This document shows, piece after piece, positions 1-8,172 of a stretch of DNA of 29,708 nt. Each line of letters starts with the position of its first letter. The stretch's first letter is position 1. The stretch comes from an uncultured Pygmaiobacter sp. (GTDB lineage: Bacteria; Bacillota; Clostridia; Oscillospirales; Ruminococcaceae), in the NCBI GenBank assembly GCA_944386485.1, contig CALXBG010000028.1:1-29708 (forward strand), read 5' to 3'. The notes under the pieces were generated by a model, which searched no databases, was not told where the DNA came from, and worked only from the letters and a program-made list of their open reading frames with translations. The translations under genes and the position numbers were made by a program.

Positions 1-49
1 TGCAGCAGCGGGTGGTGTGAGGCTTTACGATTTTACCTAAGCTTTGCAC

Positions 50-124
50 GGCCCGATGGTCAAGAGGTCAAGACACCACCCTTTCACGGTGGTATCCCGG
101 GTTCGATTCCCGGTCGGGTCACCA
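50..124 (+). tRNA. tRNA-Glu (anticodon TTC), CCA encoded
   Basis: Cloverleaf folded by hand. Acceptor ggcccga/tcgggtc (one G-U), D arm, anticodon stem ccacc/ggtgg with loop cTTTCac, variable loop tatc, T stem ccggg/cccgg with T loop TTCGATT, discriminator A, then CCA. Confidence 0.85.
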
Positions 125-127
125 AAC

Positions 128-176
128 GAAACAAATCCGAACTCAGCAATGGGTTCGGATTTGTTGTTATATTTTG
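128..176 (+). terminator. Rho-independent terminator after tRNA-Glu
   Basis: Stem of about 11 bp, aaacaaatccgaac / gttcggatttgtt, with a 9-10 nt loop, followed by the T-rich tract gttatatttt. Confidence 0.6.
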
Positions 177-183
177 AAATTGA

Positions 184-226
184 AGCAGGGAGCGGATCAG
201 CTGTTGGATCCGCTCCCTGTTTCATA
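184..226 (+). terminator. Second GC-rich hairpin (backup terminator or regulatory hairpin)
   Basis: Stem of 13 bp, cagggagcggatc / gatccgctccctg, with an 8 nt loop, followed by gtttcatat. The T tract is weaker than in the first hairpin. Confidence 0.35.
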
Positions 227-326
227 TCAAGGATTGTACGCGTTGATTGATTCGGGTGTGCGTTTCGCAGAGTCCTTTAATTTTACGCACAGGCGGTTGT
301 TCCAAGGAGAAAATAGAGACAAATGA

Positions 327-355
327 TTGAACTGCATAGAAAATAACGCTATTAT
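327..355 (+). promoter_or_regulatory. Candidate sigma-A promoter for the four-gene operon
   Basis: -35 TTGAAC (327-332), 17 nt spacer, -10 TATTAT (350-355). It lies in an AT-rich island about 60 nt upstream of the ATG at 415. RBS AGGAGG sits 8 nt before the start. Confidence 0.4.
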
Positions 356-414
356 TAAAAAGAACAAAGCATTTTCCAAAAACGCAAAAGCGAGTTTGGC
401 AGGAGGGGAATGAA

Positions 415-1836
415 ATGGCGCTTTTTGATGTAATTGAGTATGAGGGTTCCGGCGAAGTTCTGATCCACCGGGCCGCACAGACCGATTTCAATACCCACAG
501 CACACTGGTGGTGCGGGAGTCCCAGAAGGCGATTTTAATCCGCAATGGACAGCTGGCGGATATCTTTGATCCCGGACGGTATGTGTTGCACACCCAGAAC
601 ATTCCCATCCTCAGCAAGCTGGTCAACCTGCCCACCGGCGGGGTGTCTCCATTTCAGTGCGAGGTCTACTTCATCAACCAGGCAATCTCCCTCAACCGCA
701 AATGGGGAACCAGTAGTCAGGCGCGGGTTTACGACCACACCTATGATCTGATCCTCACCATCGGTGCAAACGGCGCGATGGGGCTGCGGGTGCGGGATCC
801 GCGGCAGGTGCTGCTCTCGGTGGTCGGGACCGAGCCGGATCTGACCGGGGATCAGTTCCTGGACTATTTCCGGGACACCATCTCGATGAAGATCAAGGAG
901 TACATCGCACGGGTTATGCAGCGCCCTGAGATTGACTTTATGGTGCTTGACGCAAATCTCAGCGAGTTTTCAAACCAGGCCAAGGCTTTGCTCAACGAGG
1001 AGCTTGCCGAATACGGGGTGGAGATCTGCAACTTTTCAATCAGCAACATCCAGATTCCAGACGAACAGTATGAGGCGGTCTTGGTGATGCAGAACAAGCG
1101 TCATCTGCAGCGCCAGCGGGAGTTTGAGATGAAAGGCGACCTGAACCTGCAGATGATGAAGGCACAGGGGGATCGCGCCAGCCTGATGGTGGACGCCCAG
1201 GGAGAAAACGAGCGGCGCAAACTACAGGCGCTCACCGACGTCGAGATCGCGAATCTGCAGATCGACGTCGACGCTCACCGCACCGAGCGGATGGCGCAGG
1301 CTGAGGCGCGCGCCCGGGCTGTGCAGGGTTACAACTGGGCAGATCAGCAGCAGGCCGAGGTGGCGAAACTCTACGCTGCATCCGGCAGCCTGCAGAACAA
1401 CCCCGCCAATATGTTGGCGCAGGCGCCGATGGCGCTGGCCTTCGGAGATCTGCTTCGAGACAATGTCGAGCCGGTGATGAATCCCAACTACTCCAATCCC
1501 GGAATGAACTTCGGCAACGGGTTTCCCGGACAGAGCGGCGGGGAACAGCACAGCCCGTCCGGCGGCTTTGGCGCGCCGGAGGATTTCTCCCTGGGCATCG
1601 AGCCGGCCGACCCCACGACACCGGCCGACCCCACCGCACCGGAGGCACCGGCCGAACCGGCGGTGGCAGCGATCTGTCCGAACTGCGGCGCTTCGCTTGC
1701 CGGCAGCCCGAAATTCTGCCCCGAGTGCGGCACCCGACTGGCGCCGGCCGAGCCGGTGCGGTGTGGTTGCGGTCATCTCTTTGGGCCAAAAGAAAAGTTC
1801 TGTCCCGAGTGCGGCAGCCCCCGCCCCGGCGTCTAA
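415..1836 (+). CDS. SPFH/Band-7 family protein (YdjI-like, Band_7_1 type) with a low-complexity P/G/A linker and C-terminal double zinc ribbon
   Basis: 473 aa ORF with a strong RBS. The N-terminal ~330 aa resemble the SPFH 'virion core protein-like' family (MALFDVIEYEG...VLIHR...). The linker is NPNYSNPGMNFGNGFPGQ...PADPTAPEAPAEP. The C-terminus has two CxxC...CPxCG ribbons (CPNCGASL...CPECGTRL and CGCGHLF...CPECGSP). The Pfam assignment is from memory. Confidence 0.6.
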   Translation: MALFDVIEYEGSGEVLIHRAAQTDFNTHSTLVVRESQKAILIRNGQLADIFDPGRYVLHTQNIPILSKLVNLPTGGVSPFQCEVYFINQAISLNRKWGTSSQARVYDHTYDLILTIGANGAMGLRVRDPRQVLLSVVGTEPDLTGDQFLDYFRDTISMKIKEYIARVMQRPEIDFMVLDANLSEFSNQAKALLNEELAEYGVEICNFSISNIQIPDEQYEAVLVMQNKRHLQRQREFEMKGDLNLQMMKAQGDRASLMVDAQGENERRKLQALTDVEIANLQIDVDAHRTERMAQAEARARAVQGYNWADQQQAEVAKLYAASGSLQNNPANMLAQAPMALAFGDLLRDNVEPVMNPNYSNPGMNFGNGFPGQSGGEQHSPSGGFGAPEDFSLGIEPADPTTPADPTAPEAPAEPAVAAICPNCGASLAGSPKFCPECGTRLAPAEPVRCGCGHLFGPKEKFCPECGSPRPGV

Positions 1837-1905
1837 AGATTTCAACAATCCGGCAGCGACGGGTGGAAAACCCGCGGCCCGGAAAGGCAGAGGAGGAAAA
1901 CGGAA

Positions 1906-3849
1906 ATGGCGGTATTCAACTGCAAGATGTGTGGGGGCGACCTCGAGGTGATCGACCCTGAAAACGGATTGGCACAGTGCGAGAGCTGCGGCAAGAAGCA
2001 GACGTTGCCAAATGAACAGGATGAGCGGAAGGCCAATCAGTTCAACCGGGCCAATCACTACCGGCGCAGCAATGAGTTTGACCGGGCGGCGGACGCCTAT
2101 GCCAAGATTCTGGACACCGATCCCGGCGAGGCGGAGGCCTATTGGGGCATCGTGCTCTGCCGGTACGGCATCGAATATGTAGAGGATAAAAAGACGATGC
2201 GCCGGGTGCCGACCTGCCACCGCACCCTGACCCGCTCAATCCTGCAGGACCCCGATTACCTGCAGGCGCTCTCCTGTGCAAAGCCGCTGGCCCGGCTGCA
2301 GTATGAGGAGGAGGCGCAGGAGATCGACCGGCTGCAGAAAGAGATTCTCGCGCTGGCGAGTAAGGAGGAGCCGTTCGATATCTTCATCAGCTACAAGGAG
2401 ACCGACGAGCGCAGCGGTCAGCGCACGCCTGACAGCGTGTTGGCACAGGAGATCTACACCGCGCTGACGCGAGAGGGATACAAGGTCTTTTTCTCCCGCA
2501 TCACGCTGGAAAACCGGCTCGGACAGGATTACGAACCGATCATCTACGCCGCGCTGCGCTCAGCGAAGGTGATGGTGGCGGTGGGTACCCGGCCGGAGTA
2601 CTTTTCGGCTCCCTGGGTGCGCAACGAGTGGAACCGCTATCTCGGGATGATGGAGGAGGCGCAGGGCGGCAAAACCCTGATCCCGGTCTACCGGGAGATG
2701 GACCCTTACGACCTGCCGGAAGAGTTCTCCCATCTGCAAGGGCTTAACGCCGCCAACATCGGCTTTTTGCAGGATCTGCTGCACGGCATCGAGAAGCTGA
2801 TCCGGCAACCCGCGCAGCCGGCCGCAGCCGCAGCGCCGGCTGCGCCGTCGGGTGGAGCCAATGTGGAATCGCTGCTGCAGCGGGTGGATTTCTTCCTCGA
2901 GGACGGCAGGTTTGACAGCGCGCGGGAGTACTGCAACCGGGTGCTGGACATCGCCCCGACCGATTGGCGGCCCTATCTGGATCTGGTGCTCTGTGCGAGA
3001 CAGCAGCGCACCGCCGCGGCCCTTGCCGCGCAGGAGTCCAGCATCCACACCGACGAGAATTTCCAGAAGGCGCTGCGGTTTGCACCAAAGGAAAAAAAGG
3101 AGGAGCTGATCGGCTACGCGGCCGCGGCCTTTGCTGCCGAGCAGAGCAAGGTCGAGGAACTCTGCGCCGCCGAGCAGCAGAAGGAAGAGGGCTTGTTGCG
3201 TGAGTTGAAACCGCTCGAAGAACAGCTCGCACAGCCGCTGGCGCAGCTGCGGGAGAAAAAACAGAAGGCCGACGAGCTCGGGCGCCAGATTGCAGAGGAG
3301 GAAAAAAAGCAGCAGGAAGCGGCGGCGCAGAAGGCCCAGCACTACAATGTCAAACAGGCGCTGTATCAGAAATATAAACAAGAGAACGCAAAGGGCAATG
3401 TGGTCGAGGGCAATCTATTTGGCGATCTGGTCGGCTCTTTGATCCTGGCCGCGATCTGTTTTGTCATCGGGCTGATCGCCGGGGCGCTGTTCTTTCCACT
3501 AGGGGTCATCATCTGGGTACTGGGCGGAATTTCGATTCTTTTTTCGAATGTACAGACATATAGAAACAGGGAACTTCAGACCGACAGAAAAGAATACCAA
3601 AAACAGGGGAAAGAGGCCAAAAAGGCGCTGACGAAAGAGATGTCCAGTAAGCTGAAGGTGCAGTCGCTGGTCAAAGAAAAAAATCGATATGATGTTGAGA
3701 GCAACCAGATTTATCAGGTCAACAAGGCGCCGATGGATCAGCGCGCTGCGCTGATCCGACAGATCAACGACTGCAGAGAGAAGGTGCAGCAGAGCAAGCG
3801 CAGCCAGGAGGAGAATCTCAAATTGGCGCAAAAGATAGGGATTGTCTGA
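1906..3849 (+). CDS. Membrane-anchored TIR-domain protein: N-terminal zinc ribbon, helical (TPR-like) region, TIR domain, two TM helices, C-terminal K/E-rich coiled coil
   Basis: 647 aa. RBS AGGAGG 9 nt upstream. N-terminal ribbon CKMCGG...CESCG. TIR motifs at about aa 155-260: PFDIFISYKETDE, GYKVFFSRITLENRLGQDY, AKVMVAVGT and SAPWVRNEW, the last carrying the conserved Glu. Hydrophobic stretch LILAAICFVIGLIAGALFFPLGVIIWVLGGISILF at about aa 500-545. A lysine-rich coiled coil follows to the end. Confidence 0.75.
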   Translation: MAVFNCKMCGGDLEVIDPENGLAQCESCGKKQTLPNEQDERKANQFNRANHYRRSNEFDRAADAYAKILDTDPGEAEAYWGIVLCRYGIEYVEDKKTMRRVPTCHRTLTRSILQDPDYLQALSCAKPLARLQYEEEAQEIDRLQKEILALASKEEPFDIFISYKETDERSGQRTPDSVLAQEIYTALTREGYKVFFSRITLENRLGQDYEPIIYAALRSAKVMVAVGTRPEYFSAPWVRNEWNRYLGMMEEAQGGKTLIPVYREMDPYDLPEEFSHLQGLNAANIGFLQDLLHGIEKLIRQPAQPAAAAAPAAPSGGANVESLLQRVDFFLEDGRFDSAREYCNRVLDIAPTDWRPYLDLVLCARQQRTAAALAAQESSIHTDENFQKALRFAPKEKKEELIGYAAAAFAAEQSKVEELCAAEQQKEEGLLRELKPLEEQLAQPLAQLREKKQKADELGRQIAEEEKKQQEAAAQKAQHYNVKQALYQKYKQENAKGNVVEGNLFGDLVGSLILAAICFVIGLIAGALFFPLGVIIWVLGGISILFSNVQTYRNRELQTDRKEYQKQGKEAKKALTKEMSSKLKVQSLVKEKNRYDVESNQIYQVNKAPMDQRAALIRQINDCREKVQQSKRSQEENLKLAQKIGIV

Positions 3850-3853
3850 ACCG

Positions 3854-6580
3854 ATGCGCCGTGAGACAGGGGGGCAGCACAAGGCCGAAAACCCTGTGCT
3901 GCCCTTTGAGAAAGGATGTGGGGGAAGGATGCCGCAGTTTGTGCCGATCCCGCTGAAAAACGGGCAGGTTTTGGGCTGTGTCGCCTATGAGATCACCTCG
4001 GTGCCGCAGGCATCGCAGGAGGGCGCAGCGGCGCAGACGGAGAATGAGACCGCTTTTTACAATCTGCTGGGCGAGGTGTACCGCTACTGCGCACCGGATG
4101 CGGCGGTGCTTGAGCTGCTCTGGTCGGCTCAGCCGGTCGAAAACCAGCCCCATGCGGCCCAGCTGCATCTGTACGCGGTGGCGCGGATGCTCTGCGCCGA
4201 CCGCAAGGAGCTGGAAACCCGGCTGCAGGCAGTCTGCGACAACCTGACCACCCGGTTGCAGGCCGGCGGCTTTCGGTTTGCCGAGGCCGACCTCGAGGCG
4301 CTGCGACCCTTTCTGCCTGACGGCGCCGCCTGTGTCAACGCGGTGACCAAAGCGGAACAGTGCACGTTGCACCCGCAGGCCGCCTTCCCTTATTATTATG
4401 CCGAACCGCTGCCCGAGCACGGCACCGACGATTTTGCGATGCTCAGCCGCACGATGGCCGAGCTGCCGGGCAGCGCGGTTTCGTTTCAGCTGTTGCCCAC
4501 CGGCTATACCGCCGCCGAGAGCGCCGCGTTGGAACAGATGCAGTCGCTGCTGGCCCAGGTTGTCGGGGGCACCACGATCGGCGGGCGGGCCTACCGCGAC
4601 CCGCTGGCCCAACCGGCGCTGGACGCGATCGGCCATACCGCCGCCCGGCTGCGCCAACCGGTCTTTCGCTACAACATCCTCGCCTTCGGCAACCAGAGCC
4701 AATGCGCGGCGCTGACCGCGCAGATCATCAGCCTGCTGCGCTGTGGCAGTGCCCGCAGCTTCGTCACCGTCAACCTCAACGCCGAACGGTTGGATCTGCG
4801 CCGCCAGTTCGCCTGGTATCCCTGGCAGATCAACCAAAAATTGTTGCGCGGTTACCGCAATACCCAGCTCTGGAGCCGGGTCAAGCTGCCGCAGGCCCTG
4901 TTTCGACTGCCGATGCTGCTCGGCGCCGAGGAGGCGACCACCTTTTTCCGACTGCCGCTGGGGGGCGACAAGCTCGCCGGATTGCCCAGCCACAGAGCGT
5001 TGCAGAATGCCCAGCAGCTCGACCCGCGGGTGGTTGCGGGGGAGAACCTTCAATTCGGGATACTGGCGGGGGGCGTCGCGCCGATCGGCTGCCCGCCCAA
5101 GAATCTGACCAAGCACATGTTGGTGGTCGGCAAACCCGGTACCGGAAAGACCACCTTTTCGGTCAATCTTCTGTTGCAGCTCTACCAGAAGGGGGTTCCC
5201 TTTCTTGCGATCGAGCCGACCAAAACCGAGTATCGGGCGATGATCGACGCCATCCCGGATCTGCAGATCTTCACCCCCGGCAACAACGGGGTCAGTCCCT
5301 TTGTCATCAATCCGTTCATTCCGCCCAAGGGGATCACCGTCGAGCAGTTTGTGCCCAGCCTTGCCAGCGCATTCAAGGCGGCATTCTCGATGCCGTCCCC
5401 GCTGGACACCATCTTTCAGGCCGCGATTCAGGAGGCGTATGTCCAGTATGGTTGGCGGGATTACAGTACCGCCGCCGACCCGGACGTCACCCCGTTCGGG
5501 CTGCACGAGTTTATCCTCGTGTTCAAGAATCTCATCGCCCGGGAAAAGTACAGCGCCGAGGTCAAGGGCAACCTGCAGAGCGGCGGTGTGTTGCGGCTGC
5601 GCAACCTGATTGAACAGAATGCCAACATCTACGACACCACCCACTCGGTGCCGCTGGAGGATCTGCTGGTGCACCCCACCGTGCTGGAACTCAACGCGAT
5701 CGACAATGAGGAGCAAAAATCGGTGCTGATGGCGCTGCTGCTCATCAATATCTGCGTTTATACCAAGCACAACCATCTGGGAGACGGCAAGCTGAAGAAC
5801 GCGATTTTGATCGATGAAGCGCATGTCCTCTTCAAGGCGGGCGGATCCAGCGAGGGGGCGAACACCACCGTGCGCTCACTCGAAAATATGCTCGCCGAGA
5901 TCCGCTCCTACGGCACCGGCATCATCATCGCCGACCAGTCCCCGGCGGCAGTCGGAGCCGAGGTGGTAAAGAACACCGAGGTCAAGACGGTGTTTCAGCT
6001 GGTTGACGTCGGCGACCGCAAGACCATCGCCGCCACCACCAACATGACCGCGGAACAGGAGGAACAGATTCCCCGGCTCGGGGTCGGCGAGGCGTTTATC
6101 AGCTATGGCCTGCTGGCCGAACCGGCGCTGGTGCAAACCCCCGATGTGCGGGAGGAACAGGGGATCCGGCTGAGTGTCTCGAACGAAGAGGTACACCGCC
6201 GGATGACCTATTGGGACAGCCACGGGCCGCTGTTGATCCCGTTTTACGAGTGTGGACAGTCGACGGTCTGCGCCGGCGGCTGCGATCTGCGGCTGCGCAG
6301 CGATGCGGCCTTCTTCGCGGCGCGGTTTGCCCAGAGCTACGGCGGCAAGATCACCGACGCGAAGAGCCTGTGCGCCTATGCCCGCGCCCTCGACGGCTGG
6401 CTGGATGAGCAGACCCCGCAGAGCGACCCGGAACGGCGGCGCCGGCTGCACAACTGCACCAAGATCCGGCTGATCCGCCGGATGATGCAGCAGCGGGAGA
6501 TTCCGCAGAGCCCCGCCGCCTATCAGAAACTGCTGCAGGCCGCCCTGGCCGAGGGAGCCGCCCCGCAGCCCGAAGCATAA
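3854..6580 (+). CDS. HerA/FtsK/VirB4-superfamily P-loop ATPase (DUF87-like) with a ~420 aa uncharacterised N-terminal region
   Basis: Long ORF abutting the TIR gene stop. Start is uncertain: ATG 3854, ATG 3929 (MPQFVPIPL, preceded by gggggaagg) or the TTG at 3842. Walker A MLVVGKPGTGKTT at about nt 5120-5155. Walker B ILIDEAHVLF at about nt 5800-5830. The following R...GTGIIIADQSP arginine-finger/sensor motif is typical of HerA-like ATPases. No TM segment. Confidence 0.6.
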   Translation: MRRETGGQHKAENPVLPFEKGCGGRMPQFVPIPLKNGQVLGCVAYEITSVPQASQEGAAAQTENETAFYNLLGEVYRYCAPDAAVLELLWSAQPVENQPHAAQLHLYAVARMLCADRKELETRLQAVCDNLTTRLQAGGFRFAEADLEALRPFLPDGAACVNAVTKAEQCTLHPQAAFPYYYAEPLPEHGTDDFAMLSRTMAELPGSAVSFQLLPTGYTAAESAALEQMQSLLAQVVGGTTIGGRAYRDPLAQPALDAIGHTAARLRQPVFRYNILAFGNQSQCAALTAQIISLLRCGSARSFVTVNLNAERLDLRRQFAWYPWQINQKLLRGYRNTQLWSRVKLPQALFRLPMLLGAEEATTFFRLPLGGDKLAGLPSHRALQNAQQLDPRVVAGENLQFGILAGGVAPIGCPPKNLTKHMLVVGKPGTGKTTFSVNLLLQLYQKGVPFLAIEPTKTEYRAMIDAIPDLQIFTPGNNGVSPFVINPFIPPKGITVEQFVPSLASAFKAAFSMPSPLDTIFQAAIQEAYVQYGWRDYSTAADPDVTPFGLHEFILVFKNLIAREKYSAEVKGNLQSGGVLRLRNLIEQNANIYDTTHSVPLEDLLVHPTVLELNAIDNEEQKSVLMALLLINICVYTKHNHLGDGKLKNAILIDEAHVLFKAGGSSEGANTTVRSLENMLAEIRSYGTGIIIADQSPAAVGAEVVKNTEVKTVFQLVDVGDRKTIAATTNMTAEQEEQIPRLGVGEAFISYGLLAEPALVQTPDVREEQGIRLSVSNEEVHRRMTYWDSHGPLLIPFYECGQSTVCAGGCDLRLRSDAAFFAARFAQSYGGKITDAKSLCAYARALDGWLDEQTPQSDPERRRRLHNCTKIRLIRRMMQQREIPQSPAAYQKLLQAALAEGAAPQPEA

Positions 6581-6592
6581 AGGAGAAACGCG

Positions 6593-8167
6593 ATGTGGGA
6601 CGAAGAATTTGACAGCGATCTCGACACCGGAAGCGACGTCGATTGCGATGTCGACGACGGCGGTTATGACCTCGATGACAGCGGATCCGATCTGCAGGTC
6701 AATCTTGACGAGAGCGTGGATTTCGATCTTGCCGATGTCGAACCGGCCGAACCCGCGGATCTCGATCTGGATGCAGAAGACTTTGAGGAACCCGCGGCGG
6801 ATCTGCCGGTGGAGCTCGAGGATGCCGGCGATCTTGCCGACGGCATGGCGCTGGATGAGGTCGAGGTGGCCGACCTCGGCGATCCCGAGGAGGAGCCGTC
6901 CGCCGGCGGCGAAATCAGCGATGAGCTGCTCGAGGCTTGGATGCAGGCTGAGCAGGAGGGGATACAGGAGTCCGGCGAAGAGGACGTCAAGGTACTGCGC
7001 CGGGATCCGGATGAGCTGATGGAGACCGGGATGCAGAATGTCGAGGAAATCCTCGACGTCCGCCGCGACGACATGATGGATAAGGGGATGAGCGAGGAGG
7101 AGATTGAGCAGGCAATCGCACAGGAGCGGGAGGCGCTGCGGTGGGAGTTTGTGCAGGACGCCTTCCCCGAGCGGTTTGAAGCACAGGAGCCCGAAGAGCT
7201 CGAAATGGAAGAGACAGCCGACCTTGCAGTAAAGGAAGAGAACGACACCGAAGAGGTTACCGATCTTGCAGCTGCACAGGATCTCGACCTGGAACAGGAT
7301 GAGGCGGATGCCCTGGAAACAGAATCGGAGGAGCTGGATGAGACGGCGGATACAGGGCTTGAGGGGACTCAGGTGACAGACGCCGATCTAGAGGAGGAAA
7401 CCGAGCCGGAGGACGATCTCGCCGAGCCGCTGGAGGAAGAGGAGATTTCCGAGCCGCTGGCAGAGGAACTGTCAAAAACCGAGCTGGAGGATACGGCGCT
7501 GCCCGAAGACGTTTCGGATGAGGAGGAAGAAGCGCCCGATCTGATGCGGGAGCTGGTGCGGCAGAATGTGCAGGACGTCCGGCTGCCGCGAGAAGGCGGC
7601 ACCTGGGCCGACCCCGCGCAGGCGGGGGAGGGGCTCTGGATACCGGACGACGATGCCGAACTCTTCTGGAAGGAGGAAGCCGGCGGCTCGATGACCGGCG
7701 CCGAGTTCAAACAGCGGTATGGGGTCGAGGGGGTGACCTACCGGGACGGAGAACCGGATTTTGAACCGTTCGAGGACGAACTGTTGGGCCATGTTGAACT
7801 GGAGGAGATGCCGACCGAGCGCACCGGGGCAGAGGGCAGCTATGCCGCCGCAACCCGCGCCGCCGCCGACCGGCTCGGAATCAGCGAGCAGGAGGTCGAG
7901 CAGCGGATGGAGGAGCGGGGGTTGACCTGGCACGAATGTGGCGACCGGCGAACGGTGCGGGCGATTCCGACCGAGGTCAACGCCGCGTTTCCCCACACCG
8001 GCGGAATCAGCATCCAGCGCGGCGTGCGGGCGATGGCGGAAGAACTAGCCGACCGGTATGGAACCGTGCGGCTGGATCGCAACGGCCCTGCCGGAACAAC
8101 CGAAGGGTTGACCGAGGCCCGCGGTGCCGTCCGGAGGGAATACCGTGGACAAAAGCGGAAGCTGTGA
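6593..8167 (+). CDS. Extremely acidic (D/E-rich) low-complexity protein with a small, more ordinary C-terminal region
   Basis: 524 aa. RBS AAGGAG 7 nt upstream. The first ~340 aa are dominated by D, E, L and A (DLDLDAEDFEEP, DEVEVADLGDPEEEP, EEETEPEDDLAEPLEEEE). The C-terminal ~180 aa are of normal composition. Translation is tightly coupled to the ATPase gene, with a 12 nt gap. Confidence 0.6.
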   Translation: MWDEEFDSDLDTGSDVDCDVDDGGYDLDDSGSDLQVNLDESVDFDLADVEPAEPADLDLDAEDFEEPAADLPVELEDAGDLADGMALDEVEVADLGDPEEEPSAGGEISDELLEAWMQAEQEGIQESGEEDVKVLRRDPDELMETGMQNVEEILDVRRDDMMDKGMSEEEIEQAIAQEREALRWEFVQDAFPERFEAQEPEELEMEETADLAVKEENDTEEVTDLAAAQDLDLEQDEADALETESEELDETADTGLEGTQVTDADLEEETEPEDDLAEPLEEEEISEPLAEELSKTELEDTALPEDVSDEEEEAPDLMRELVRQNVQDVRLPREGGTWADPAQAGEGLWIPDDDAELFWKEEAGGSMTGAEFKQRYGVEGVTYRDGEPDFEPFEDELLGHVELEEMPTERTGAEGSYAAATRAAADRLGISEQEVEQRMEERGLTWHECGDRRTVRAIPTEVNAAFPHTGGISIQRGVRAMAEELADRYGTVRLDRNGPAGTTEGLTEARGAVRREYRGQKRKL

Positions 8168-8172
8168 ATAAA

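Noticed and set aside
1-49. The sequence before tRNA-Glu as the tail of another tRNA or 5S rRNA.
   Set aside because: It could not be folded into a cloverleaf or recognised as a 5S 3' end. It is left unannotated.
3818-5824. 668-aa ORF on the minus strand antisense to the HerA-like ATPase gene. Similar long antisense or alternative-frame ORFs: 1222-2220(-), 2560-3381(-), 4360-5613(+), 14135-15718(-), 15870-17033(-), 18208-19518(-), 21203-22747(-), 23760-25109(-), 26521-27549(-).
   Set aside because: They lie in GC-rich DNA, have Arg/Pro/Gly/Ala-rich low-complexity translations and no RBS, and are fully embedded opposite or out of frame with genes that have strong homology-type motifs. They are stop-codon-poor frame artefacts.
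6664-7248. 194-aa serine-rich ORF antisense to the polyacidic gene.
   Set aside because: It arises automatically from the GAx/GAG repeats of the sense strand (antisense TCx = Ser). It has no independent signals.
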